From an uncultured Eubacteriales bacterium (GTDB lineage: Bacteria; Bacillota; Clostridia; TANB77; CAG-508): a stretch of 64,000 bases of DNA. Numbering within the stretch: the first letter of the stretch is position 1; each line of letters begins with the position of its first letter. This document shows positions 46,307 through 54,767 of the stretch, one piece after another. Location of the stretch: positions 74,303 through 138,302 of the forward strand of contig CASEIZ010000024.1 of the NCBI GenBank assembly GCA_949288185.1, written 5' to 3'. Made by a program: the position numbers and the translations under genes. The notes under the pieces are model-generated. The model ran no database searches. It saw only the letters and a program-made list of their open reading frames with translations, and had not been told where the DNA came from.

Positions 46307-46708
46307 ACTTTTCTACCTGTGAGAATTCTAAAATTCTCTCCTTTCTTTTTAGAATTTCATATATTGTATCATAAAATACTTGATAAATCAAAGAATAGTG
46401 GGAACTAACTATATTCTATTGAAAAATAGTCAATTGAAAAATCGGTATAGCTCTTAACCATACCGATTTTAACATAGTATCAATGCTTTGACACATATAA
46501 CCGAACAGTTGAAACATGATATCCATTGTCAAATGCAATTGATGTGAAACTGTCCTTATAGAAATCATCTGCTGTCTGTGGGCTTTCAATGATTTCAAAT
46601 GCTTTCACTATTGGAACATCTCTTTCCCTAATTTGTGCCAGAACTTCGCCAACACTAGGTTTGAAAATACCATAATATCCATATGTATGTAAGCATACAA
46701 AATCATGA

Positions 46709-46888
46709 ATAGAAATTAACAAATTAGAAAAATATATTCCAGAATGGGAACAAGAATTTAAAGATGCCCCTTTAGAAGTAAAAAGAATAATTTTAAATGA
46801 AATGGTTGATAAAATTGTATTGTTTAATGATAAAGTAGAAGTTTGTATAAGATATCCAATCTCAAATTTAATTGTAAAGGAAATTTGA
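46709..46888 (+). pseudogene. 3'-terminal remnant of a second large serine recombinase
   Basis: Reads IEINKLEKYIPEWEQEFKDAPLEVKRIILNEMVDKIVLFNDKVEVCIRYPISNLIVKEI*. It is homologous to the tail of the intact neighbour (IPNWKEEFENADVEMKKMLLTEFIKEIRIYNDKIEIDFLFEI). A stop codon lies immediately upstream at 46706. Confidence 0.7.
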
Positions 46889-46890
46889 AA

Positions 46891-48606
46891 ATGGAACATA
46901 AAAGAATAGGATGTTTGTATAGGGTTTCGACTTTAAAACAAGCTGAAAAGAATGATATACCTATGCAAAAAACAGCTTGTAAAGAATTTATAAAAAAGAA
47001 AAGAGATTGGAAATTTGAAAAAGAATATATAGAATTAGGAGTATCTGGTTATAAATTAAAAGAGTCAGAAAGAGATGTTTTACAAGACATAAAAAAAGAT
47101 GTAACAAACAAAAAAATTGATGTTTTATTAGTATTTATGTTTGATAGAATAGGTAGAAGAGAAGAGGAAACACCTTTTGTTGTTCAATGGCTAATAAATC
47201 AAGGAATAGAAGTATGGTCAGTAAAAGAGGGACAAAGAAAAATTGAAACAAGAGCAGATAAATTAATTAATTACCTAACATACTGGCAAGCTGGTGGTGA
47301 AAGTGAAAAAACAGCAATAAGAGTTAGAGAAGCACAAGAACAAATGGCAGAAAAAGGCATATTAACCTATGGTGGAAAAAGAAATGCACCTTATGGATAT
47401 GAATTTATAAAAAGTGGTACATATACTAAAAAAGGTGTAGAAAGACAAAAATTAGTGATTGTAGAAAAAGAAGCTGATGTTATAAGAAAAATCTTTGAAT
47501 TATATACTGTATATGGTTATGGTGTTGGAAGAATAGCAAAATATCTAAATAATAAGAAGATTAAACCTAAAAGAGGAAAACTATGGGGAATTTCGACTAT
47601 ATCATCAATTTTAAGCAATCCTATCTATATGGGTTATCCAGCATATAACAGAAGAACTACAAAAAATGCTCATACAAAAAGAAAATTACCTTTTGAAGAT
47701 TGGATTTTACCAAAGGAAAGAATAGATGAGTTAGTTATTATTTCAGAAGAAGTATGGTATAAAACAAAGAAAATAAAAGATAGCAGAAATAGATATGTAA
47801 AAAATGATGATGATATAATAATAAACAAACCATTTCAAACAAAGTCAGATTTATTATTTATAGGCTTATTAAAATGTGGTGAATGTGGATATTCATTTAT
47901 GACATCAGAAAGTAAGAAAAGAAAAAGAAATGGTGAAGAAGTAAAATATATGTATTATAGATGCAGTAGTGCTAGATTCACTAATTCATGTAATTTGAAT
48001 AAAAAATCTATTAGTAAAGAAAAATTAGAAAAACCTATTTTAGATACTATCTTTGATTTCTTAAATAATATAGAAAAGATGGATTTAAGTGATGAAATAA
48101 GAAATAATATGCAGAGCAATCAGCAAAAAGAAAAAAACGAGTTAAGGAAATGCGAAGAAGAAATAGTTGAAATAGAAAATAATATAAATACTCTTAAACA
48201 AGAAGTTGTTAAATCATTAAGTGGCAAAAGCAATTTTACACCTGAATTATTAAATGAATTATTGGAAGAAAAAAATAATGAATTAAAACAAGTTCAATTA
48301 AGAAAAAGTGATTTAGAAACAATTTTAATAAGAAAAGATATTGAACAAAAAGATATTCTAAAAGTTAAGAATATGATTCCAAATTGGAAGGAAGAATTTG
48401 AAAATGCTGATGTTGAAATGAAAAAAATGTTACTAACTGAATTTATAAAAGAAATTAGAATCTATAATGATAAAATAGAAATAGATTTCTTGTTTGAAAT
48501 AAATAATTATATAAAAACTAATGTGACTTTAAATGAAAATAATGAAATAGATAATAAGAATTTAAAAATTATTGAAAATACTATATATGTAAAAAGAGAT
48601 AAGTAA
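46891..48606 (+). CDS. large serine recombinase (integrase)
   Basis: IGCLYRVSTLKQ catalytic Ser block, resolvase and recombinase domains, zinc ribbon CGECGYSF...YYRCSS, long coiled coil. ATG 46891 is 2 nt after the remnant stop. Confidence 0.9.
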   Translation: MEHKRIGCLYRVSTLKQAEKNDIPMQKTACKEFIKKKRDWKFEKEYIELGVSGYKLKESERDVLQDIKKDVTNKKIDVLLVFMFDRIGRREEETPFVVQWLINQGIEVWSVKEGQRKIETRADKLINYLTYWQAGGESEKTAIRVREAQEQMAEKGILTYGGKRNAPYGYEFIKSGTYTKKGVERQKLVIVEKEADVIRKIFELYTVYGYGVGRIAKYLNNKKIKPKRGKLWGISTISSILSNPIYMGYPAYNRRTTKNAHTKRKLPFEDWILPKERIDELVIISEEVWYKTKKIKDSRNRYVKNDDDIIINKPFQTKSDLLFIGLLKCGECGYSFMTSESKKRKRNGEEVKYMYYRCSSARFTNSCNLNKKSISKEKLEKPILDTIFDFLNNIEKMDLSDEIRNNMQSNQQKEKNELRKCEEEIVEIENNINTLKQEVVKSLSGKSNFTPELLNELLEEKNNELKQVQLRKSDLETILIRKDIEQKDILKVKNMIPNWKEEFENADVEMKKMLLTEFIKEIRIYNDKIEIDFLFEINNYIKTNVTLNENNEIDNKNLKIIENTIYVKRDK

Positions 48607-48785
48607 AGATTTATTAATTAGTTTGAAAAGTATACAAACAGGTGTACCGTTATATATAGTTTTCAAAATAGGTACATATTAATTTATAAGTTTTACATGA
48701 TTCTTAAAAAGTAAAAAAAGTTTATATTTATATGTGAGTTAAGAAGTGAAACAAAATTTTGCTTTTTTATATGAAATAAAAAAGT

Positions 48786-49352
48786 TTGAAAATTAAACAT
48801 ACTGTCACCCCCGTATGTACAACAGAAATGATAGCTTTTACAAGAGCACATACATATTTTAAACAATTAAATACAGAATTGTTAGGATTAAGTGTAGACA
48901 GTAATTCTTCACACTTAGCATGGGTATATGATATATACTGTAGAACAGGTATAAAAATATCTTTTCCAATCATTGCCGATAGAAATGGAGAAATTGCTAG
49001 AAGATATGGTATGATTTCAAATGATATTAGTAATACAGAAACTGTTAGAAATGTTTATATTATAGACGATAAAGGAATTATTAGAACTATTTTAATCTAT
49101 CCAATGAATGTGGGAAGGTTTATACCAGAAATTATCAGAGTTGTGCAAGCATTACAAATGGCAGATTGTGCACAAGGTTCAACAGCAGCCAATTGGATTC
49201 CTAATCAACCAGTCATTGTTTCACCACCAAAAACTTATGAAGAACTTGTAGAACGTGTAAGTGAAATAGAGAATAACAGAAATGGAATTGGTTGGTACTT
49301 AAGCTTTAAAGAACCACCTGAGAATTGTATAAATGATACATGTGATACATAA
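48786..49352 (+). pseudogene. peroxiredoxin (AhpC/TSA, Prx) lacking its first ~43 codons
   Basis: Homology starts at VTPVCTTEMIAF (peroxidatic Cys motif FTPVCTTE). No upstream frame encodes the expected ...WxVLFSHPxDF. The rest is intact (FPIIADRNGEIARRYGMI...). Confidence 0.75.
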
Positions 49353-49450
49353 TTTTTAAGAAAGTAAGTTTGATAATTTCTTATTCAACTTACTTTTTTC
49401 TTTGCAAAAAATAGATTATATTCGTTAAATATTTTAAAGAAACTTCTATA

Positions 49451-49596
49451 TGGTCAAGAAAATGTGACGTAAGTTACAAATATTGGTCAAGATAATGTGA
49501 TTATATAAAAAAAGTCATTCGAAAAAATGTGCAAAATTCAAAAAAGTCGTTTGAAAAAATGTTAAAAGACAGTAAAAGTCGTTTGAAATCTTGTAA
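49451..49596 (+). repeat. five degenerate direct repeats phased every 32-33 nt
   Basis: TGGTCAAGAAAATGTGA (49451), TGGTCAAGATAATGTGA (49484), AAAAGTCATTCGAAAAAATGTG (about 49509), AAAAGTCGTTTGAAAAAATGTT (about 49542), AAAAGTCGTTTGAAATCTTGT (about 49574). Confidence 0.7.
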
Positions 49597-49677
49597 TCAT
49601 ATTGAAAAGAGGACTATAATATTATAAAATTAAAAATAATAAAGTAGTCAAAATTTCAAGAAATAGGAGAGAAATAG

Positions 49678-49779
49678 ATGAACCAATTATTAGTATTAGA
49701 TTTAGATGGAACATTATTAAGAAATGATAAAACCGTATCAGACGAGACAGTAGATAGTTTAATAGAATTTAAAAAATGA
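49678..49779 (+). pseudogene. 5' fragment (33 codons) of a Cof-type HAD hydrolase
   Basis: AGGAGAG RBS. MNQLLVLDLDGTLLRNDKTVSDETVDSLIEFKK* stops right after HAD motif I. Confidence 0.6.
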
Positions 49780-49891
49780 TTTTCAGATTTAAAAAATGGA
49801 AATCCTCTAAAAAAGAATACAAATAAAAAAAATTCACATAATAATAGTATGAACAAAAATGATGTTCATATACAAATTTTTGGAGGTAAAA

Positions 49892-50059
49892 ATGGAAGGA
49901 AATCAAAAGATACATTGTACAGTAGGTACATGTAAATACAATGAAACAAATCAAAATTTATGCAAGTTACAAGCAATTCAAGTAGAACCAACGAAAAATT
50001 GTAATACAAAACAACCAGAAGAATCTATGTGTTCAAGTTATATTTATGGGAAGGAATAA
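49892..50059 (+). CDS. DUF1540-like small cysteine-rich protein
   Basis: GGAGGT RBS. IHCTVGTCKYNETNQNLCKLQAIQV pattern. Confidence 0.6.
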   Translation: MEGNQKIHCTVGTCKYNETNQNLCKLQAIQVEPTKNCNTKQPEESMCSSYIYGKE

Positions 50060-50077
50060 TTTTCTTCTCATTTTTTC

Positions 50078-50106
50078 TTGACATATCTATAAATTAGAAA
50101 TAAAAT
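50078..50106 (+). promoter_or_regulatory. sigma-A-like promoter of fba
   Basis: TTGACA, 17 nt, TAAAAT. Confidence 0.55.
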
Positions 50107-50155
50107 AACCTTAGCAAAATCAATAGGGGAAAAACCCAAAAAAGGAGGAAAAGAT

Positions 50156-51085
50156 ATGTTAGTTACAACAAAGGAAATGTTTGAAAAATCAATGAAAGAA
50201 GGATTTGCCGTAGGTGCATTTAATGTAAATAATATGGAAATTGTACAAGCCATCACAGATGCAGCTCATGAAACACAATCACCAGTTATATTACAAGCAT
50301 CAGCAAGTGCCATAAAATATGCAAGAATAGGATATTTAATGAAAATGGTACAAGCAGCAGTAGAAGAATATCCAGAAATTCCAATTGCCATTCATTTAGA
50401 CCATGGACCAGACTTTGAAACAGCAAAAATGTGTATTGATAATGGATTTACATCTGTTATGATAGATGGTTCAAAATATGATTTTGAAGAAAATATAGCT
50501 TTAACAAAACAAGTCGTAGATTATGCACATTCTAAAGGTGTTGTCGTTGAAGCTGAACTTGGAAAATTAGCGGGTATAGAGGATGATGTCAATGTAGCAG
50601 CATCAGATGCTATGTATACAGATCCAGCGCAAGCAGAAGAATTTGTGAAAAGAACAGGATGTGATTCTTTAGCAATTGCCATAGGAACAAGTCATGGAGC
50701 ATATAAATTTAAAGGAGAAGCAAAATTAAGATTTGATATCTTAAAAGAAATTAAAGAAAGAATTCCAAACACACCTATTGTATTACATGGTGCTTCAACA
50801 GTTGTACCAGAATTGGTTGAAATGTGTAATCAATATGGAGGAAATATACCTGGAGCAAAAGGTGTACCAGATGAAATGTTACATGAAGCAAGTATATCTG
50901 GTGTTTCTAAAATTAATGTAGATACAGATTTAAGATTAGCTATGACAGCAGGAATTAGAAAAGTATTTGTAGAAGATCCAAGTGCGTTTGACCCAAGAAA
51001 ATACTTAACACCAGCAAGAGATTTAATAAAAGAGACAGTTGCTCACAAAATGAGAGATGTTTTTGGTTCAGCTGGTAAAATATAA
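50156..51085 (+). CDS. fba: class II fructose-1,6-bisphosphate aldolase
   Basis: FAVGAFNVNNME, AIHLDHG, GTSHGAYKF, VLHGAS. Confidence 0.95.
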   Translation: MLVTTKEMFEKSMKEGFAVGAFNVNNMEIVQAITDAAHETQSPVILQASASAIKYARIGYLMKMVQAAVEEYPEIPIAIHLDHGPDFETAKMCIDNGFTSVMIDGSKYDFEENIALTKQVVDYAHSKGVVVEAELGKLAGIEDDVNVAASDAMYTDPAQAEEFVKRTGCDSLAIAIGTSHGAYKFKGEAKLRFDILKEIKERIPNTPIVLHGASTVVPELVEMCNQYGGNIPGAKGVPDEMLHEASISGVSKINVDTDLRLAMTAGIRKVFVEDPSAFDPRKYLTPARDLIKETVAHKMRDVFGSAGKI

Positions 51086-51136
51086 AACAATATATTATTT
51101 TATGAACAATTTAAAATACAGAGATCAAATTTAATT

Positions 51137-51595
51137 TTAATCTCTGTATTTTTGTTTCATAGCTTGATTGATTTTTCGTTCTGCATCTTTTTTTGCAATA
51201 TCTTGACGTTTATCATATAATTTTTTACCTTTTCCAATACCTAATTCTAGTTTCACAAAATTTCCTTTGAAATAGATGCTAATAGGAATTAAAGTATATC
51301 CTTTTTGTTTGGTAAGCCCAATTAATCGATTAATCTCTCTTTTATTTAGCAAAAGTTTTCTGTCTCTTAATGGATTTTTGTTAAAAATATTTCCATGTTC
51401 ATATGGACTAATATGCATACCAGATATGTAGACTTCACCATTTTTAATGTTGGCATAACTATCTTTTAAATTTACTTTACCAGCTCGAATAGATTTAATT
51501 TCTGTTCCAAATAGGACCATTCCGGCTTCGATTTTATCTTCAATAAAATAATTATGATATGCTGTTGGATTTTTTGCAATTAACTTTGTATTCAT
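51137..51595 (-). CDS. smpB: SsrA-binding protein
   Basis: [32 protein letters not shown]...LLLNKREI...KGKKLYDKR. Confidence 0.95.
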   Translation of the reverse strand: MNTKLIAKNPTAYHNYFIEDKIEAGMVLFGTEIKSIRAGKVNLKDSYANIKNGEVYISGMHISPYEHGNIFNKNPLRDRKLLLNKREINRLIGLTKQKGYTLIPISIYFKGNFVKLELGIGKGKKLYDKRQDIAKKDAERKINQAMKQKYRD

Positions 51596-51769
51596 ATAAT
51601 TACCTCTTTATTTTTTGAATATTATACCATAGATTATTCAATAATAAAATAGAACAGATAGAAATATCTTAAATTTCTATCTGCTCAGGATAAATCTCGC
51701 TTTGTGGGAACTTTTTTCTATTTTTCAGATTTAACTATATATTTTAAGTTCTCTAAGAAGCGTAAAAAA

Positions 51770-52270
51770 TTAATCTCTTCTTGAATGATTATTTTCAGAA
51801 GTGATTTGTGTTGAGTAATACCAAACAACCGCAATAATAGCAATTGCAGCAATGCCTAAAATTAACCAAGTCCAAGCGGTTGCACTCATACCCATAAAAG
51901 TTGCATTTCCATTGGTCGATGTTCTTGTTGCAGTATATCCATCATTGTTGGTGTTTGTAACTTTAGAAGTAGTATTTTTAACATCTTTTTCTAGTGTATT
52001 TCCTGTTCCTTCAATTTTATTTCCTGCATTTTCCATTGTATTTTCTGCTTTCTCAGTAGAATCTTGTATAGCATCACCAGCATTATGCATAGCACCTTCA
52101 ACGGCATTTCCAGCATTATGAATACCATCTTCGACAGTATTACCAGCATTTGTAACTGTGTCTTTTACTGCATTTGTAGCATCTGTCAATGCATCTGCTG
52201 CAAAACATACAGAAAATGAAAATACGATAGCAACGATGATTGCGAATATTGCAAATAATTTCTTTTGCAT
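51770..52270 (-). CDS. membrane-anchored protein with 11-residue NAGN repeats
   Basis: ATG 52270 follows AAGGAGGA. Signal/TM at the N-terminus. Repeats TNAGNTVEDGIH / NAGNAVEGAMH / NAGDAIQD / NAGNKIEGTGN. C-terminal TM WTWLILGIAAIAIIAVVWYY. Confidence 0.7.
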   Translation of the reverse strand: MQKKLFAIFAIIVAIVFSFSVCFAADALTDATNAVKDTVTNAGNTVEDGIHNAGNAVEGAMHNAGDAIQDSTEKAENTMENAGNKIEGTGNTLEKDVKNTTSKVTNTNNDGYTATRTSTNGNATFMGMSATAWTWLILGIAAIAIIAVVWYYSTQITSENNHSRRD

Positions 52271-52448
52271 ATCTAATCCTCCTTTGCAAAATATAATGAA
52301 AATAATATTAGACAATATATTCTCATTAATATTATCTAAAAAATATCAGAGAATTATACATGAAAAAATTGCAAAACAAGGATGAAATACATAAAAAACA
52401 AAAAAAGATTTTAACTTTTTTTGTTAAAATCTAAAATACAATTATTTA

Positions 52449-52844
52449 TTATTTACCAAGTCTAATCAAAATGGCAATTGCTAATAGTATCAATAATACA
52501 CCGATTGCAATTAAAATAATGGATAAAATATTTGAAATTCCTAAATCACTTTCAGGTAAACTACTACTTTGAACTGTTGTTGTATTTGTAGTAGGTGAAG
52601 TAGTTGATGTACTTGTTGATGAAGAAGTATTTGTAGTAGTGTTTATTCTAGGTGTATTAGTTGAATTCGAATTGTTAGATGTATTTGATGTATTTGACGT
52701 GTTCGATGTGTTAGAAGTGTTAGATGTTGCACTTTGACTATTTGTCTCATTGATATTCATATCTACTGCTAAAACACTTGTAGAAAAGGATAATAACATT
52801 AACAATATTGATATTATAGAAAATATTTTTAAATTTTTAATCAT
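52449..52844 (-). CDS. secreted/anchored S/T/N-rich low-complexity protein
   Basis: Signal peptide, (TSN)x6 and T/S-rich tract, C-terminal TM ILSIILIAIGVLLILLAIAILI. Confidence 0.65.
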   Translation of the reverse strand: MIKNLKIFSIISILLMLLSFSTSVLAVDMNINETNSQSATSNTSNTSNTSNTSNTSNNSNSTNTPRINTTTNTSSSTSTSTTSPTTNTTTVQSSSLPESDLGISNILSIILIAIGVLLILLAIAILIRLGK

Positions 52845-52993
52845 ATTTTTATACCTCCATTAAAAACAAAAAAATTTATCTTAAGTTCTTTACTATGATA
52901 TCACAAATATGGAAAATATGTCTAGTATTTTTAAAAAAATCTAAAAAATATATAGATTTTAAATAATGAAAAGTATTAATATTTACATAAATC

Positions 52994-53022
52994 TTGATAA
53001 AATGATAAAAATACATTATAAT
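52994..53022 (+). promoter_or_regulatory. sigma-A-like promoter of tsaC/sua5
   Basis: TTGATA, 17 nt, TATAAT. Confidence 0.6.
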
Positions 53023-53048
53023 ATACATCGAAGAAAGAAGGGAAAACA

Positions 53049-54086
53049 TTGGATAACTATTTAGATTTAAAAAATACAACAGATTATTCTAAATTAAAGG
53101 TAGCAGGAGAAATTATAAAAAATGGAGGACTTGTTTTATTCCCAACAGAAACCGTATATGGATTAGGAGCTAATGGATTAGACGAAAATGCCGTCAAAAA
53201 AATATATAAAGCAAAAGGAAGAGAACAAGACAATCCTTTAATTTTACATGTTTCTAATTTTGATATGGTATCTAAAATTGCTAAAAATATATCTGATATA
53301 GAATATACATTAATGAAAACATTTTGGCCAGGACCATTTACGATTATTTTAGATAGAACAGAAATTGTTCCTGATATCGTTACTGCAGGATTAGATACAG
53401 TTGGTGTTCGTATGCCAAGTGGAATCATTGCTAATAAATTAATTTCTTATGCAGATGTTCCAATTGCTGCACCAAGTGCCAATATTTCAGGAAGACCAAG
53501 TGGAACCAATATTTCTGATATTTTTGAAGAACTATCTGATAAAGTAGATTATATTGTTGATGGGGGAGAATGTGAAGTTGGCTTAGAATCAACAGTAGTA
53601 AGGGTAGTTGATGGCATTCCGAATATCCTAAGACCTGGTAAAATTTCTCCAGAAGATATACAAAAAGCAGTGGGAATAGTAAAAATAGATGAGCATATTT
53701 TAAAAGATATTGAAATTGATGAAAAAGTATTATCTCCAGGAATGAAATATAAACATTATGCACCAAAATCAGACTGTATATTAGTATATAGTGAAGATAA
53801 TGAAAAAATGATTAAAAAAATCCAAGAGATTACCAAAAAGTATACAAATCCATTGGTTATTTCTTGTAATGAAAATGAGAGATATTATGATGTAAAAAAT
53901 AAAATTTTATATGGTTCGAAAGAAAATTTAAATGAAATTGCACAAAATATATTTAAAGATTTAAGAAAAGTAGATTCCTTCAAACCAGATATTGTCATTA
54001 TTGAAGGTGTCAAAAAAGATGGAATAGGACTTGCCATTATGAATCGATTAATTCGTGCGTGTGAATATCATTACATAAAAATATAA
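53049..54086 (+). CDS. tsaC: L-threonylcarbamoyladenylate synthase (Sua5/YwlC type, with C-terminal domain)
   Basis: LFPTETVYGLGANGLDENAVKKIYKAKGREQDNPLILHV. 345 aa. TTG start. Confidence 0.9.
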   Translation: MDNYLDLKNTTDYSKLKVAGEIIKNGGLVLFPTETVYGLGANGLDENAVKKIYKAKGREQDNPLILHVSNFDMVSKIAKNISDIEYTLMKTFWPGPFTIILDRTEIVPDIVTAGLDTVGVRMPSGIIANKLISYADVPIAAPSANISGRPSGTNISDIFEELSDKVDYIVDGGECEVGLESTVVRVVDGIPNILRPGKISPEDIQKAVGIVKIDEHILKDIEIDEKVLSPGMKYKHYAPKSDCILVYSEDNEKMIKKIQEITKKYTNPLVISCNENERYYDVKNKILYGSKENLNEIAQNIFKDLRKVDSFKPDIVIIEGVKKDGIGLAIMNRLIRACEYHYIKI

Positions 54087-54266
54087 GAAAAATTTTATAT
54101 ATGTTCAAAATAGAAGCACGTTTTTTTATACAATCCAAAAAGCAAATGAAAAATAAAGAATTTTAAGACGATACAGGTTAGTATTGTCTTTTTTATATAA
54201 ATTTTTTAAAATAGTTGTAACAAAAAGAAATCTTTTTACACTAATAAAGTGAAAGGGGGAAAAGTT

Positions 54267-54767
54267 ATGCAGAATATGGAAGAAATATATAATAAATATT
54301 CAAAAATTGTATATAAATATATATTCTGCTTAACAGGAAAAAAGGAAATAGCTGAAGAAATCGTACAAGAAACATTTTTAGTAGCTATTGAAAATATTGA
54401 TAAATTTGAATATAAATGTAAACTATCTACTTGGCTATGCCAGATAGCAAAGTATATTTGCTTTAATCAATATAAGAAAGAAAAAAAGAGAAAAGAAGTT
54501 CCAATGAATACTTTAGAAAACACATTATTTACAGAAGAATCTATAGAGGAAATGGTTAGTCAAAAAGAACAGAAATTGGAATTACTAAAAAACATACAAA
54601 AACTAAATGAAGAAACTAGAAATGTGATGTATTTACGAATATTAGGTAATTTAGAATATGAAGAAATAGGGGAGATAATGGGAAAAACCTCTAATTGGGC
54701 TAGAGTTACTTTTTTTCGTGGAAAGCAAAAAATGAAAGGAGATCGAGAAAATGAAAAAGGAATGTGA
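54267..54767 (+). CDS. ECF-type RNA polymerase sigma factor
   Basis: Region 2 EEIVQETFLVAIENIDKF and region 4 LEYEEIGEIMGKTSNWARVTFFRGKQKM. Confidence 0.9.
   Translation: MQNMEEIYNKYSKIVYKYIFCLTGKKEIAEEIVQETFLVAIENIDKFEYKCKLSTWLCQIAKYICFNQYKKEKKRKEVPMNTLENTLFTEESIEEMVSQKEQKLELLKNIQKLNEETRNVMYLRILGNLEYEEIGEIMGKTSNWARVTFFRGKQKMKGDRENEKGM

Larger units (their letters stand above)
43322..48802 (+). mobile_element. recombinase-rich end of an integrated element (dif-like site, Xer-like gene, insert, serine recombinases); right junction about 48.80 kb
   Basis: Two recombinase genes plus one remnant. The chromosome-side peroxiredoxin gene is cut at about 48803. Confidence 0.5.

Noticed and set aside
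46843-46890. Upstream start (track Met at 46843) for the serine recombinase
   Set aside because: These 16 codons overlap the end of the recombinase remnant. ATG 46891 gives the canonical MEHKRIGCLYRVST N-terminus with an AAGGAAA RBS.
46480-46899. 139-aa minus-strand ORF as an intact gene
   Set aside because: Its first half is antisense to the serine-recombinase remnant and to the start of the intact gene. Only the last ~70 codons look coding, so it is treated as a possible gene fragment at the insert breakpoint.
49451-49596. CRISPR array
   Set aside because: The repeats are only 17-22 nt, degenerate and of two types. The 'spacers' are about 10-15 nt, and no cas genes are in the window.
51596-51769. 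tmRNA (ssrA) next to smpB
   Set aside because: Neither flank of smpB contains a tRNA-like GGGG...CCACCA-ended, roughly 350-nt G+C-rich segment. The 170-nt spacer holds only a terminator hairpin, and the other flank is a 50-nt bidirectional terminator.
53084-53766. Two minus-strand ORFs (114 and 111 aa) inside tsaC/sua5
   Set aside because: The plus-strand gene has unmistakable Sua5/TsaC motifs, so the antisense ORFs are shadows. The same reasoning was applied to 12840-13214, 34645-34961, 15235-15880, 32057-32397, 41595-42095, 51852-52385, 55793-56065 and 56736-57011.
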